Positions 24,648-36,274 of a DNA stretch of 64,000 nucleotides are shown one piece after another. The stretch's first letter is position 1, and each line of letters opens with the position of its first letter. Source of the DNA: Malacoraja senta. Taxonomy: Eukaryota. Under the pieces are notes generated by a model. It was not told the DNA's origin. It worked only from the letters and a program-made list of their open reading frames with translations, and made no database searches. The position numbers were made by a program, and so were the translations under genes. The stretch lies in NCBI GenBank assembly GCA_038087875.1, contig CM075994.1, positions 10,046,001 to 10,110,000 of the forward strand, written 5' to 3'.

Positions 24648-24844
24648 CACTTTCTTGTCATTGTAAATACGTACACTGAAATTCCAGGCGCACTGCCCGA
24701 GTGGAGCTCCAACGTATCAGATAAATAATAACGACAATGGAAACAGCAAAAGGCAAGAAAAACGTCGTCAGAATGTGCCATAAGCGACTTTGAGTCCCGA
24801 AAAGCGCCATATAAATAAAATCTATTATTATTATTATTATTATA

Positions 24845-25650
24845 TTTAAGTAAGTAAGTAAGTTTATTGGCCAAGTATTCACATACAAGGAATTTGCCAT
24901 GGTGCTCCGCCCACAAGTAACAACATGACATACAGTGACAGTTACGAATGACTCAGAAAACACTAAATATTAATAATAAAAAAACATTAATGATAAAACA
25001 CCATTGATCAAGCATGTGAACCAACAAAATACCAGATCAAAGGGAGGCTACAGATTTTTGGCTGTTGAGTAGAGCTACTACTCGTGGATAAAAACAGTTT
25101 TTATCTGGCTGTGGCAGCTTTGACAGTCCGGAGTCGCCTTCCAGAGGGAAGTGATTCAAAGAGTTTGTGGCCAGGGTGAGAGGGGTCAGAGATGATCTTG
25201 CCCGCTCGCTTCCTGGCCCTTGCAGTGTACAGTTCATCAATGGGGGGAAGGTTGCAGCCAATAACCTTCTCTGCTGATCGGACGATTCGCTGCAGCCTCC
25301 AGGTGTCGTGCTTGGTGACTGAGCCAAACCAGACCATGATGGAGAAGGTGAGGACAGACTCTACGATGGCCGTGTAGAATTGGACCATCATTGCCTGTGG
25401 CAGATTGTGCTTCCTCAGCTGCCGCAGGAAATACATCCTCTGTTGTGCCTTTTTGTCTGTGGAGTCGATGGTGCCCCCAGTTAAGGTCCTTGGAGATGAT
25501 GGTTCCCAGGAACTTAAAAGACTCCACAGAGGTGAGTGTGGTGTTGTTGATGGTGAGTGGGGTGAGGGGAGTGGGAGCTCTCCTAAAGTCTACAACCAAT
25601 TCCACTGTCTTAAGAGCATTGAGCTCTAGGTTGTTGCGACTACGCCAGCT
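24845..25650 (-). mobile_element. Rex1/Babar-like LINE 3' fragment
   Basis: ELVVDFRR..SVESFKFLG; YFLRQLRK..FYTAIVES..DPSHPGH; (ttac)n tail. Confidence 0.82.
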
Positions 25651-25899
25651 GTGAAACTTCCTGTATAGTGTTATAACAGCACAAAATATTGGCTATGTGG
25701 GGTGGATATTGGCTATGGGGTGAGACTAGGTGGGCCGGGGGGAGGAGGGAGACCACCGGCCACAGACCCACAGCCAGCGCCAACTCCAGCCCAACCCCGC
25801 GCCAACTCCAGAGGAACCCACTCCCCGCAGGGCCGCTACCGCTACCGCGACAAGTGCCAGTTCGCCCACGGCCTCAGCCGCTGCCCCAAGTACAAGCCG

Positions 25900-26480
25900 T
25901 ACCTTGCACAGCCTCTAAGGATCCTCCAGTGCTTCTACTCAGCGGCTGTGGAAAGCATCTTGTCCGGAAACATCACAATTTGGTTTGGGAACTGCTCTGC
26001 CCAGGACAAGAAGGCTCTGCAGAGAGTAGTGCGTTCGGCCGAACGCACTATGGGAACTACACTCGCCCCTCTGCAGGAACTGTACATCAGGAGGTGCAAC
26101 TCCAGGGCCAGTAAGATCATGGGAGACCCCTTCCACCCCTGCAACGGACTGTTCCAGCTGCTACGGTCAGGCAAACGCCTCCACTGCCATGCTGTGAGAA
26201 CAGAGAGGATGAGAAGGAGTTTCTTCCCAGAGGCCATTAGGACTGTAAACTCCTATCTCACCAGGGACTAACTTTACTGAACCAATTTACTGTTGTGTGG
26301 TGTCTTTTTATAATTGCTGTTTTTCCTTTTTTTTGCTCCCACAAATATGTAATATGTGAGTATGTGATTCTGTTCCATTCTGTTTTGTAGTTTTTTGCAC
26401 AATCCACAAGCATTGTCACTTTTCATTTCACTGAAAATCTCTTATGTGTATGTGACGAATAAACTTGACTTGACTTGACT
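25900..26480 (+). mobile_element. Rex1/Babar-like 3' fragment inserted between the ZFP36 zinc fingers
   Basis: FYSAAVESIL..DPFHPCNGLF..SFFPEAIR; (gactt)n tail ending at 26480. Confidence 0.8.
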
Positions 26481-26728
26481 TGCCCCTGGGGTGCCCGCTG
26501 CCACTTCATCCACAACCCCGATGGAGGAGCGAGGGGGACCCTGGCTTAGCCTCCTCCGGCCCGGCGCTCGACTGGACCACACTGCGGGCGGCCTTCAGCC
26601 CCGACCTGGAATTAGACCTGCCCCGGACTCTGGGCTTGGAGCTGGGCAAGGGAGGGGGAGCGAGGTTGCTGCTGCCGGCTAAGACCACCGTCACCAACAG
26701 CACCCGCAACCCGGCAGCTGCCCATCTT

Positions 26729-27206
26729 CACCAAGCACGACACCTGGAGGCTGCAGCGAATCGTCCGATCAGCAGAGAAGGTTGTTGGCTGCAACCATCC
26801 CTCCATTGATGAACTGTACACTGCAAGGGCCAGGAAGCGAGCGGGTAAGATCATCTCTGACCCCTCTCACCCTGGCCACAAACTCTTTGAATCACTTCCC
26901 TCTGGAAGGCGACTCCGGATTGTCAAAGCTGCCATGGCCAGACATAAAAACAGTTTTTATCCACGAGCAGTTGCTTTACTCAACGGCCAAAATTCTGTAG
27001 CCTCCCTTTGATCTGGTAAATTGTTGGTTCACATGCTTGATCAATGGCGTTTTATCATTAAAGTTTTGTTATTATTAATGTTTAGTGTTTTCTGAGTCAT
27101 TCGTAACTGTCACTGTATGTCATGTTGTTACTTGTGGGCGGAGCACCAAGGCAAATTCCTTGTATGTGAATACTTGGCCAATAAACTTACTTACTTAATT
27201 ACTTAC
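26729..27206 (+). mobile_element. Rex1/Babar-like 3' fragment inserted in the ZFP36 C-terminal motif
   Basis: Near-identical reverse complement of about 24845-25320; (ttac)n tail. Confidence 0.82.
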
Positions 27207-27617
27207 CTCAGTGGGATCTCGGTGTCGGACTGAGGGGAGGGGGGGGGGGGGGGCTGGAGGTGTATGGCTGCCGGCCATAATCAGAGCTGGAGCCAGTGGC
27301 TGCGTGTCTGGGGCCCAGGACGCCCCGCCAGCCCCGGGCCACCGCAGACAGGGACGGGACTCCGGGGAGGGGACTGGGAATGGCCCAACAGCAACTCAAC
27401 AGCGACGGAGAGACGACCCCAACCATGGACGAAACGCAATCCAGCACTTTGTGTCTTTTTTTGTAATCCAGCATCTACAATTCCTTGAAGGTAGATGGAA
27501 AATGCTGGAGAAAATCAGCGGGTGAGGCAGCATCTATGGAGAGAAGGAATTAGCGACGTTTTGGATCAAGACCCTTCTTCAGACTGATGTGGGGGGGGGA
27601 GCAGGAAGAAGAAAGGA

Positions 27618-29130
27618 AGACCAGTTGGTCTAACATCGGTAGTGGGGAAACTGCTAGAGTCAGTTATTAAAGATGGGATAGCAGCACATTTGGGAAGTGG
27701 TGAAATCATTGGACAAAGTCAGCATGGATTTACGAAAGGTAAATCATGTCTGACGAATCTTATAGAATTTGTCGAGGATGTAACTAGTAGAGTGGATAGG
27801 GGAGAACCAGTGGATGTGTTGTATCTGGACTTTCAGAAGGCTTTCGACAAGGTCCCACATAAGAGATTAGTATACAAACTTAAAGCACACAGTATTGGGG
27901 GTTCAGTATTGATGTGGATAGAGAACTGGCTGGCAAACAGGAAGCAAAGAGTAGGAGTAAACGGGTCCTTTTCACAATGGCAGGCAGTGACTAGTGGGGT
28001 GCCGCAAGGCTCAGTGCTGGGACCCTAGCTATTTACAATTTATATTAATGACCTGGATGAGGGAATTGAAGGCAACATCTCCAAGTTTGCGGATGACACT
28101 ACGCTGGGGGGCAGTGTTAGCTGTGAGGAGGATGCTAGGAGACTGCAAGGTGACTTGGATAGGCTGGGTGAGTGGGCAAATGTTTGGCAGATGCAGTATA
28201 ATGTGGATAAATGTGAGGTTATCCACTTTGGTGCCAAAAACAGGAAAGCACACTATTATCTAAATGGTGGCCGATTAGGAAAAGGGGAGATTAAGCGAGA
28301 CCTGGGTGTCATGGTACACCAGTCATTGAAAGTAGGCACACAAAAATGCTGGAGAAACTCAGCGGGTGCAGCAGCATCTATGGAGCGAAGGAAATAGGCA
28401 ACGTTTTGGGCCGAAACCCTTCTTCAGAACATCATTGAAAGTAGGCATGCAGGTGCAGCAGGCAGTGAAGAAAGCGAATGGTGTGTTAGCTTTCATAGCA
28501 AAAGGATTTGAGTATAGGAGCAGGGAGGTTCTACTGCAGTTGTACAGGGTCTTGGTGAGACCACACCTGGAGTATTGCGTACAGTTTTGGTCTCCAAATC
28601 TGAGGAAGGGCTTTATAGCCATAGAGGGAGTGCAGAGAAGGTTCACCAGACTGATTCCTGGGATGTCAGGACTTTCATATGAAGAAAGACTGGATAGACT
28701 TGGCTTATATTCGCTAGAATTTAGGAGATTGAGAGGGGATCTTATAGAAACATACATAATTCTTATAGGGTTGGACAGGCTAGATGCAGGAAGATTGTTC
28801 CCGATGTTGGGGAAGTCCAGGACAAGGGGTCACAGGTTAAGGATAAGGGGGAAATCCTTTAAGACCGAGATGAGAAAAAACATTTTCACACAGAGAGTGG
28901 TGAATCTCTGGAACTCTCTGCCACAGAGGGTAGTTGAGGCCAGTTCATTGGCTATATTTAAGAGGGAGTTAGATGTGGCCCTTGTGGCTAAAGGGATCAG
29001 GGGGTATGGAGAGAAGGCAGGTACGGGATACTGAGTTGGATGATCAGCCATGATCATATTGAATGGCGGTGCAGGCTCGAAGGGCCGAATGGCCTACTCC
29101 TGCACCTATTTTCTATGTACCTATGTATCT
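27618..29130 (+). mobile_element. CR1 LINE RT/3' fragment with a 93-bp insertion
   Basis: RT motifs, nonsense codon at 28026-28028, insertion 28339-28431 with 16-bp TSD. Confidence 0.9.
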
Positions 29131-29134
29131 AAGA

Positions 29135-29752
29135 GGGGGAGCCAGTGGGCTGTGGGAGAGCTGGGAAGGGGAGGGGAAGGAGGGAGAAAGCAAGGACTAC
29201 CTGAAATTGGAGAAGTCAGTGTTCATACCGCTGGGGTGTAAACTACCCAAGCGAAATATGAGGTGCTGCTCCTCCAATTTGCGCTGGGCCTCATTCTGGC
29301 CATGGAGGAGGCCCAGGACAGAAAGGTCAGATTGGGAATGGGAGGGGGAGTTGAAGTGCTGAGCCACCGGGAGATCAGGTAGGTTAAGGCGGACTGAGTG
29401 GAGGTGTTGGGTGAAGCGATCGCCAAGCCTACGCTTGGTCTCACCGATGTAGATCAGCTGACACCTAGAGCAGCGGATGCAATAGATGAGGTTGGAGGAG
29501 GTGCAAGTGAACCTCTGCCGCACCTGGAAAGACTGCTCGTGTCCTTGGCTGGAGTCGAGGGTGGAGGTAAAGCGACAAGTGTAGCATTTCCTGCGGTTGC
29601 AAGGGAAAGTACCCGGCGAGGGGGAAGGTTTGGGTGGGATGGGACGAATTGACCAGGGAGTTATGGAGGGAGCGGTCTCTGCGGAAACCAGAAAAGGGGA
29701 GGAGATAGGAAGATGTGGCCAGTGGTAAGATCCCGTTGGAGGTGGCGAAAAT
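29135..29752 (-). mobile_element. Penelope-like element fragment (GIY-YIG)
   Basis: NLIYCIRCSRCQLIYIGETKRRLGDRF. Confidence 0.85.
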
Positions 29753-30759
29753 TCCTTGTTTCTTGTTGTTCTCCAGATTGGCTGCCTGGCTCTGCCTAAT
29801 TACTCCAGCACTTTGTGTCTTTTTGTTGTTGTAACCCAGCATCTGCAGTTCCTTGTTTCAACACGCGTGGTGTATGACTCTTCAACTTCAAGGAGATGCT
29901 ATTCCAAAATAAGGGTTGGTCAAACGCATTTGATGTAAACACACGATGTAAACATGTCTCGTGTCGAAGAGGATTCTCCTAAACCTCTACAGGTGCATGG
30001 TACCATGATACCACCAGGGGCGCCGGGGCGATGGCAGCCCTGCCGGCAGTCTGTTCGGCTTTTCACTCTTTTTGTTATTTTTTAGTGCGTTAAAGGTTTG
30101 TTTTAATGGTCTTCGGTTTGTTTTATGTGGGGGAGGGGATCGGGGGAAACTTTTTTCCAGGTTCTTACCTTCCCGGAGATGTGATCAAGTTTCGGATCGC
30201 ATTCCCCGGGCTCTGCGGCCTTCCATCGATGGAGCTGGAGGCCTCCTCGGACTGTCGTGAACCCCACCGCGGGGCGCGGACTTAACATCGGAGCTGATCC
30301 CTTGCCTGGGATCGCTCCCACCGCGGAATCAACATCAAGGGCTCGCAGTTTTCGGGTGAGGCCGAGTCGGGAAGCTCCAACGTCGCGGAAGGCTCGACCA
30401 GCCCCGACGCGAGGTTCAATCGCCCGGTGCGGGGGAGCTGACATCCCCCCGATGCGGGAGCTTGATCGCCTCGACGCGAAGGGCCCGAACGCCGCCGGCT
30501 ACGGGAGTCAAGATCGTCCCGTCAACGGGGGGCTCGAGGCCCCCGACCGAGGAAGAATTAAGGGAAGGAGACTTGAACTTTATTTTGCCTTCCATCACAG
30601 TGAGGAATGTGTAGGAGTCACTGTGGTGGATGTTCATGTTAAAATGTGTTTTGGGTGATCTGTTGCTTTTAATTGTATGACTGACCTGGCCAATGAAATT
30701 CCTCGTATGTTGCAAAACATACTTGGCGAAGAAAGTGTGATTCTGATTCTGATTCTGGG

Positions 30760-31260
30760 TAGAGAGCATGCTGACTGGTTGCATCGTGGCCTGGCTCGGC
30801 AACTTGAACGTCCAGGAGCGAAAAAAGGCTGCAGAAAGATGTAAACACTGCCCAGTCCATCACCGGCTCTGACCTTCCCACCGTCGAGGGGATCTATCGC
30901 AGTCGCTGCCCCAAAAAGGCAGCCAAAATCATCAAGGACCCACACCATCCTGGCCACACACGCATCTCACCACTGCCATCAGGAAGAATGTACAGGAGCC
31001 TGAAATCTGTAACGTCCAGGTTTTGGAACAGCTGCTTTCCTACAGCCATCAGGCTATTAAACACAACAACGAATAAGCTCTGAGCTCTGAACTGCCGAAG
31101 ATTATATTATTATTTGTTATTTTGCCTATATTTGTTATTTATTCAACTTTTTTTCCCCCATTGTACAATGTTTACATATTCACATATTCTGTTGTGCTGC
31201 AGCAAGTATAAGAATTCCATTGTCCCGTCCGGGACATATGACAATAAAAAACTCTTGACC
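30760..31260 (+). mobile_element. Rex1/Babar-like 3' fragment
   Basis: Similar to 22600-23100. Confidence 0.7.
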
Positions 31261-31399
31261 CTTTAATTTTCCATTTACTGTAATTGGGCGAGTCCTGACA
31301 TCGAGTTTACTGCTGCGAACGTACCAAGTCTTCCAGCCACAAGGTGTCAGTGATTGCAACGAAGAAATCTCGCTGCCCTTATTTTTATGTGTCTTTTTC

Positions 31400-32060
31400 A
31401 GTGCCGGGAGGGAACTAGACAGGAAGCGACGTCTTTTTCGCAGCAGTAACTTGCAGAAGGTTTGCACATCTTGCACCCCTTAACTTGAGATAAATAGAAG
31501 TAAGACAATGGCGTAAAAGCGTTTTGAGTTGCTTGCTGTTGGCGGGTAATTCGGGGGAGGTGGCGGTGGCCGGGTTGAGGTTGGAGGGTCCTAGTTGGGC
31601 TTGTCCCACGCGGTTGACAGTCAGTGTGGAGAGACGGAGAGGGAGAGAGGGCTGGCGATCAAGGGTTAGAGCAGGAGGGGTGTTACATGGAACGTTTGGT
31701 CAGGCCGCGTTCCATTCCGAACACCGAGGCCGTGTCGCCGCGTTCCATTGGAACCCCGGGACAATGTATCCACCACGTTCCATTGGAACCCCGGGGGACA
31801 ATGTATCGGCGTTCCATTCCGAACACCGAGACAATGTATCGGCGTTCCATTTCCGAACCCCGGGACGGTGTCGCGGCGCCCCATGTCCCAGCCCCAGCCC
31901 CAGCCCCCGCCGCCGTCTCGCCACAACCACCGCTCCAGCGATCAACCTGTAGCACTTCCGCGGGCCGGGCCGGGCAGACATGAGCAGCTGATGCAATCGG
32001 CTGTCAGGCTGCATGCAGTCACAGGTTAACCCGCCGTGTCACCTGCGATAACCCCAGCGG
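31400..32060 (+). promoter_or_regulatory. CpG-rich region, probable VARS1 promoter and non-coding first exon
   Basis: CpG enrichment, ggaag ETS-like core, YY1-like aatggcg near 31507, possible donor gg|gtaatt near 31546; upstream of the VARS1 coding exon. Confidence 0.45.
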
Positions 32061-32512
32061 CTTTGCAGGTTCCTCTCTCTCCACTCCCCCCCCCCCCCTC
32101 TCTCTCCTTTAATCTCGGCCGATTGGCACCTTATTGAAGAGGCTGCGTTTGCTTTTTCTTATCTTTCCAAGTTTTGTTTTGGAAACTTCCGTTTTCCCCC
32201 TGAAAGTTTGTTGCTTTGAGTTGGAGTGGTGCAGTGATGTTAGAATATCCCTCTCCTCGACACTCCTCACGCCCCCCAACCCCATCGCCTCAAGTTTACC
32301 CTCGCAGCAGCCCCCCTGCATTGTTCCCCTCCCCCCCCATTCCTCTCCCACCCCCCATTCCCCCCCCCTTCCCCTCCTATCCCCCCCCCCACCGTGATAT
32401 GCGACAGTAAATAATAATAATAATCATGGTCCAGACAAGGGGCAACATTACTTTAAATAAATTGCATATAAAAACATCATAAAATACATTTCCATAAAGT
32501 ATTAATTAATTC

Positions 32513-33336
32513 ATTCTCTTTCTCTCCCACCCCTTCCTCTCTCTCTCTCCCCCCCCCTCCATCCACCCATCTCCCTCTCCCCTCCCACTCTCCCCTCCCT
32601 CTCCCCTCTCTCTCTCGCCCCCTCTCCTCGCCCTCCCACTCTCCCCTCCCTCCACCCCTCTCTTCTCTCCCTCTCTCTCCCCCTCCCTCCACCCATCTCC
32701 GCCCCCTCCCTCTCTCTCTCCCCCCCACCCTCCACCCATCTCCGCCCCCCTCCCTCTTTCCCCTCCCACTCTCCCCTCCCTCCCTCCACCCCTCTCTTCC
32801 CACCCCCTCTCTCCCCCCCTCCCTCCCTCCTTCCCTCCCTCTCTCCCCTCCCTCTCTCCCCTCCCTCTCTCCCCTCCCACTCTCCCCTCCCTCCCTCCAC
32901 CCCTCTCTTCCCTCCCCCCTCTCCCCTCTCTCTCTCCCCCCCTCTCTCCACTCCCTCCACCCCTCTCTTCTCTCTCCCCTCCCACTCTCTCCCTCTCTCT
33001 CCCCTGCCTCTCTCTCCCCCTCCCTCCACCCATGTCCGCCCCCCTCCCTCTCTCCCCTCCCACTCCCCTGTCCCTCCCTCCACCTCACTCTCCCTCCCTC
33101 CTCTCTCCCCTCCCTCTCTCTCCCCTCTCTCTCCCTCCCTCTCTCCCCTCCCTCTCCTCCACTCTCCCCTCCCTCTCCCCCCTCCCTCTCTCCCCTCCCT
33201 CTCTCCCCCTCTCGCCCCTCCCTCTCTCTCCCCCTCTCCCCTCCCTCTCCCCCCCTCCCTCTCTCCCCTCCCTCTCTCCTCCACTCTCCCCTCCCTCTCT
33301 CCACCCTCTCTCCCCTCCCTCTGTCCCCACCTTTGC
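32513..33336. repeat. About 820-bp polypyrimidine/polypurine tract
   Basis: Almost only C/T on the plus strand, ending at the VARS1 splice acceptor. Confidence 0.95.
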
Positions 33337-33365
33337 AGCTGGAGGCAGGACCCTTCCCACGGACG

Positions 33366-33730
33366 ATGGCACTGCCCGCGCTCTACCTCTCCCCCCACCC
33401 GCACAGCGCCCACAACGCCGGGGTGCTGGTGGCCCTGGAGTACGGCGGGCAGAGGGCGAGGGTGGTGGACACGAGGAGGGGGGCGTCGGCGGGCGAGGTT
33501 GCCGCCGGTCCGACCGTCGCCGGGCTGCCGGCGGTGGAGGTGGAGTCGGGCGGGCACGTGTGGGGCGGCGCGGCGGTGGCTCACCTCCTGGCACCGGTGG
33601 CGATGAGGGGCCACGGCACTGAGGAGGCCGCCCTGGTGCGGCAGTGGATGAGCTACGCCGACATCGAGCTGCTGCCGATCGCTTGCGCCACCACCTTCCC
33701 GCTCTCGGCCTCTTGAAGCACAACAAGCAG
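33366..33730 (+). CDS. VARS1: Valyl-tRNA synthetase 1, first coding exon (GST-like N-terminal domain), apparent 1-bp deletion near 33698-33700
   Basis: LYLSPHP, LPAVE, VWGGAAVAHLL, AALVRQWMSYADIELLPIAC match the vertebrate VARS1 N-terminus; acceptor tttgcag ends at 33338; donor cag|gtagga at 33730/33731. Confidence 0.85.
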
Positions 33731-33751
33731 GTAGGAGAACTTTGTCCGACT

Positions 33752-34445
33752 TGGCCTGTCCCACTTTCACATAGTAATTCACGAATTCTCCCGAGTTTCC
33801 CCTTGATTCAAACCTGCAGAATGTTCGTAACGAGTCCGTAGGAGGTCGTAGATATATCGTAGCGGCTCGTTCTGCCAGCCGTAGGTACTCGGGGCATCAG
33901 GTAAGTCGGGATGTTTTTTCCAGCCCGGTAAAAAAATGTCCACGAATAAAAAAAATGGTCGGGATGAAAGAAATTGCAACTTTTTACTCGTAAGGAGAGC
34001 ATCGAAATAGACAATAGACAATAGGTGCAGGAGTAGGCCATTTGGCCCTTCGAGCCAGCACCACCATTCAATGTGATCATGGCTGATCATCCCAATCAGT
34101 ACCCCGTTCCTGCCTTCTCTCCATATCCCTGACTCCGCTATCTTTAAGAGCCCTATCTAGCTTTCGCTTGAAAGCATCCAGAGAACCTGCCTCCACCGCC
34201 CTCTCAGGCAGAGAATTCCACAGACTCACAACTCTCTGTGAGAAAAAGTGTTTCCTCGTCTCCGTTCTAAATGGCTTACTCCTTATTCTTAAATAGTTGT
34301 GGGAATTCGTAGACATACTTGTAGGAGTTCGTGAACACAGTGGTGGAAGGTCGTAGGAGTTTGTAGATTTCCATGATGTTTATTATTTTTTTTAGCTCCT
34401 TTAAACTCGGCAGAGGTTTTGAATTAAGTGGTGAAAGTGGGACAA
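33752..34445. mobile_element. Harbinger-like MITE related to 10837-11915, with nested CR1-family 3' fragment
   Basis: tgtcccactttcac / gtgaaagtgggaca inverted ends and shared internal sequence. Confidence 0.6.
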
Positions 34446-35505
34446 CAGCAGCATCTCTGGAGAGGACATCTCTGGACAGTCACGGTGGCGCAGCGTAGAG
34501 TTGCTGTCTTACAGCGAATGCAGCGCCGGAGACCCGGGTTCCATCCCGACTACGGGTGCTGTCAATAGACAATAGGTGCAGGAGTAGGCAATTCGGCCCT
34601 TCAAGCCAGCACCACCATTCCATGTGATCATGGCTGATCATCCACAATCAGTACCCCGTTCCTGCCTTCTCCCCATATCCCCTATCTTTAAGAGCCCCAT
34701 CTAGCTCTTTCTTGAAAGTATCCAGAGAACCGGCGTCCACCGCCCTCTGAGGCAGAGAATTCCACAGACTCACAACTCACTGTGAGAAAAAAGTGTTTCC
34801 TCATCTACGTTCTAAATGGCTTACCCCTTATTAAACTGTGTGGTCCCTGGTTCTGGACTCCCCCAACATCGGGAACATGTTTCCTGCCTCTAGCGTGTCC
34901 AAACCATTAATAATCTTACATGTTTCAATAAGATCCCCTCTCATCCATCTAAACTCCAGAGTATACAAGCCCAGCCGCTCCATTCTCTCAGCATATGACA
35001 GTCCAGCCATCCCGGGAATTAACCTGGTGAACCTATGCTGCACTCCCTCAATAGCAAGAATGTTCTTCCTCAAATTAAAACTGCACACAATACTCCAAGT
35101 GTGGTCTCACTACGGCCCTGTCCAACTGCAGAACGAACTCTGCGCGGAGTTTGTACCTTCTCCCCATGATCTGCGTGGGTTTTCTCCGAGATCTCTGGTT
35201 TCCTCCCACACTCCAAAGACGTACAGGTTTGTAGGTTAATTGGCTTGGTGTAAATGTAAAAATTGTCCAGTATAAAATTGTCAAATGCTGAGTTATGCTC
35301 CACCTAGAGTATTTCAGCGTACGACATCCAGACCTAGATCCAGGATCACATTTCGAGTCCAGACCCTTCTTCAGACCCGAAACCTCACCCATCCCTTCTT
35401 TCCAGAGATGCTGCCTGTCCCGCTGAGTTACTCCAGCACTTTGTGTCCATCTTCAGTTTAAAACAGCACCTGCAGTTCCTTCCTACACAAATGTTGGTTG
35501 AGTTT

Positions 35506-35705
35506 NNNNNNNNNNNNNNNNNNNNNNNNNNNNNNNNNNNNNNNNNNNNNNNNNNNNNNNNNNNNNNNNNNNNNNNNNNNNNNNNNNNNNNNNNNNNNNN
35601 NNNNNNNNNNNNNNNNNNNNNNNNNNNNNNNNNNNNNNNNNNNNNNNNNNNNNNNNNNNNNNNNNNNNNNNNNNNNNNNNNNNNNNNNNNNNNNNNNNNN
35701 NNNNN
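35506..35705. other. Assembly gap (200 N)
   Basis: Run of N. Confidence 1.
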
Positions 35706-36274
35706 TAACACTAAATCCAGAATTGCCTTCTCCCTGTTAGGCTCCAATACAAGCTGCTCTAAGAATCCATCACAAAGGCACTCTACAAAGACCCTTTCTT
35801 GGGGTCCAGTACCAACCTCGTTTCCCCAGTCTACCTGCATGTTGAAATCTCCCATAACAACTACAACATTACTTTTACTACATGCCAATTTTAACTTCTG
35901 ATTCAACTTGCACCCTATCTCCAGGCTACTGTTAGGGGGCCTGTAGATAAGTACCATTAGGGTCTCTTTACCCTTACAATTCCTTAGTTCTATCCATACT
36001 GACCACATCTCATAGAAACATAGAAAATAGGTGCAGGAGTAGGCCATTCGGCCCTTCTACCCTGCACTGCCATTCAATATGATCATGGCTGATCATCCAA
36101 CTCAGTATCCTGTACCTGCCTTCTCTCCATACCCCCTGATAACTTTAACCACAAGGGCCACATCTAACTCCCTCTTAAATATAGCCAATGACTGGAGTAC
36201 CATGACACCCAGGTCTCGTTGCATCTCCCCTTTTCCTAATCGGCCACCATTCAGATAATAGTCTACTTTCCTCT

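Larger units (their letters stand above)
25831..27233 (+). pseudogene. ZFP36: ZFP36/tristetraprolin-like pseudogene in three pieces, interrupted by two Rex1-like insertions
   Basis: 25831-25896 GRYRYRDKCQFAHGLSRCPKYK (finger 1); 26481-26522 CPWGARCHFIHNPD (finger 2); 26712-26729 RQLPIF joined to 27210-27233 SGISVSD-stop. Confidence 0.82.

Noticed and set aside
24542..24963. Poly-Ile/poly-Asn ORFs
   Set aside because: Translation of (TAA)n microsatellites
25702..26271. Functional zinc finger-LINE fusion protein
   Set aside because: The finger lacks its first cysteines and the start codon is not ATG; better explained as pseudogene plus insertion
30000..30760. GC-rich ORFs as a host gene
   Set aside because: No recognisable protein; the ends resemble the insert at 46855-47210 and it has a simple-repeat tail, so probably a retroposon
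32477..33330. Gly/Glu/Arg-rich and Pro/Leu/Ser-rich ORFs
   Set aside because: Low-complexity polypurine tract that lacks stop codons by composition
34480..34560. tRNA gene
   Set aside because: A/B-box-like head of an HE1/V-SINE-type element without a complete cloverleaf
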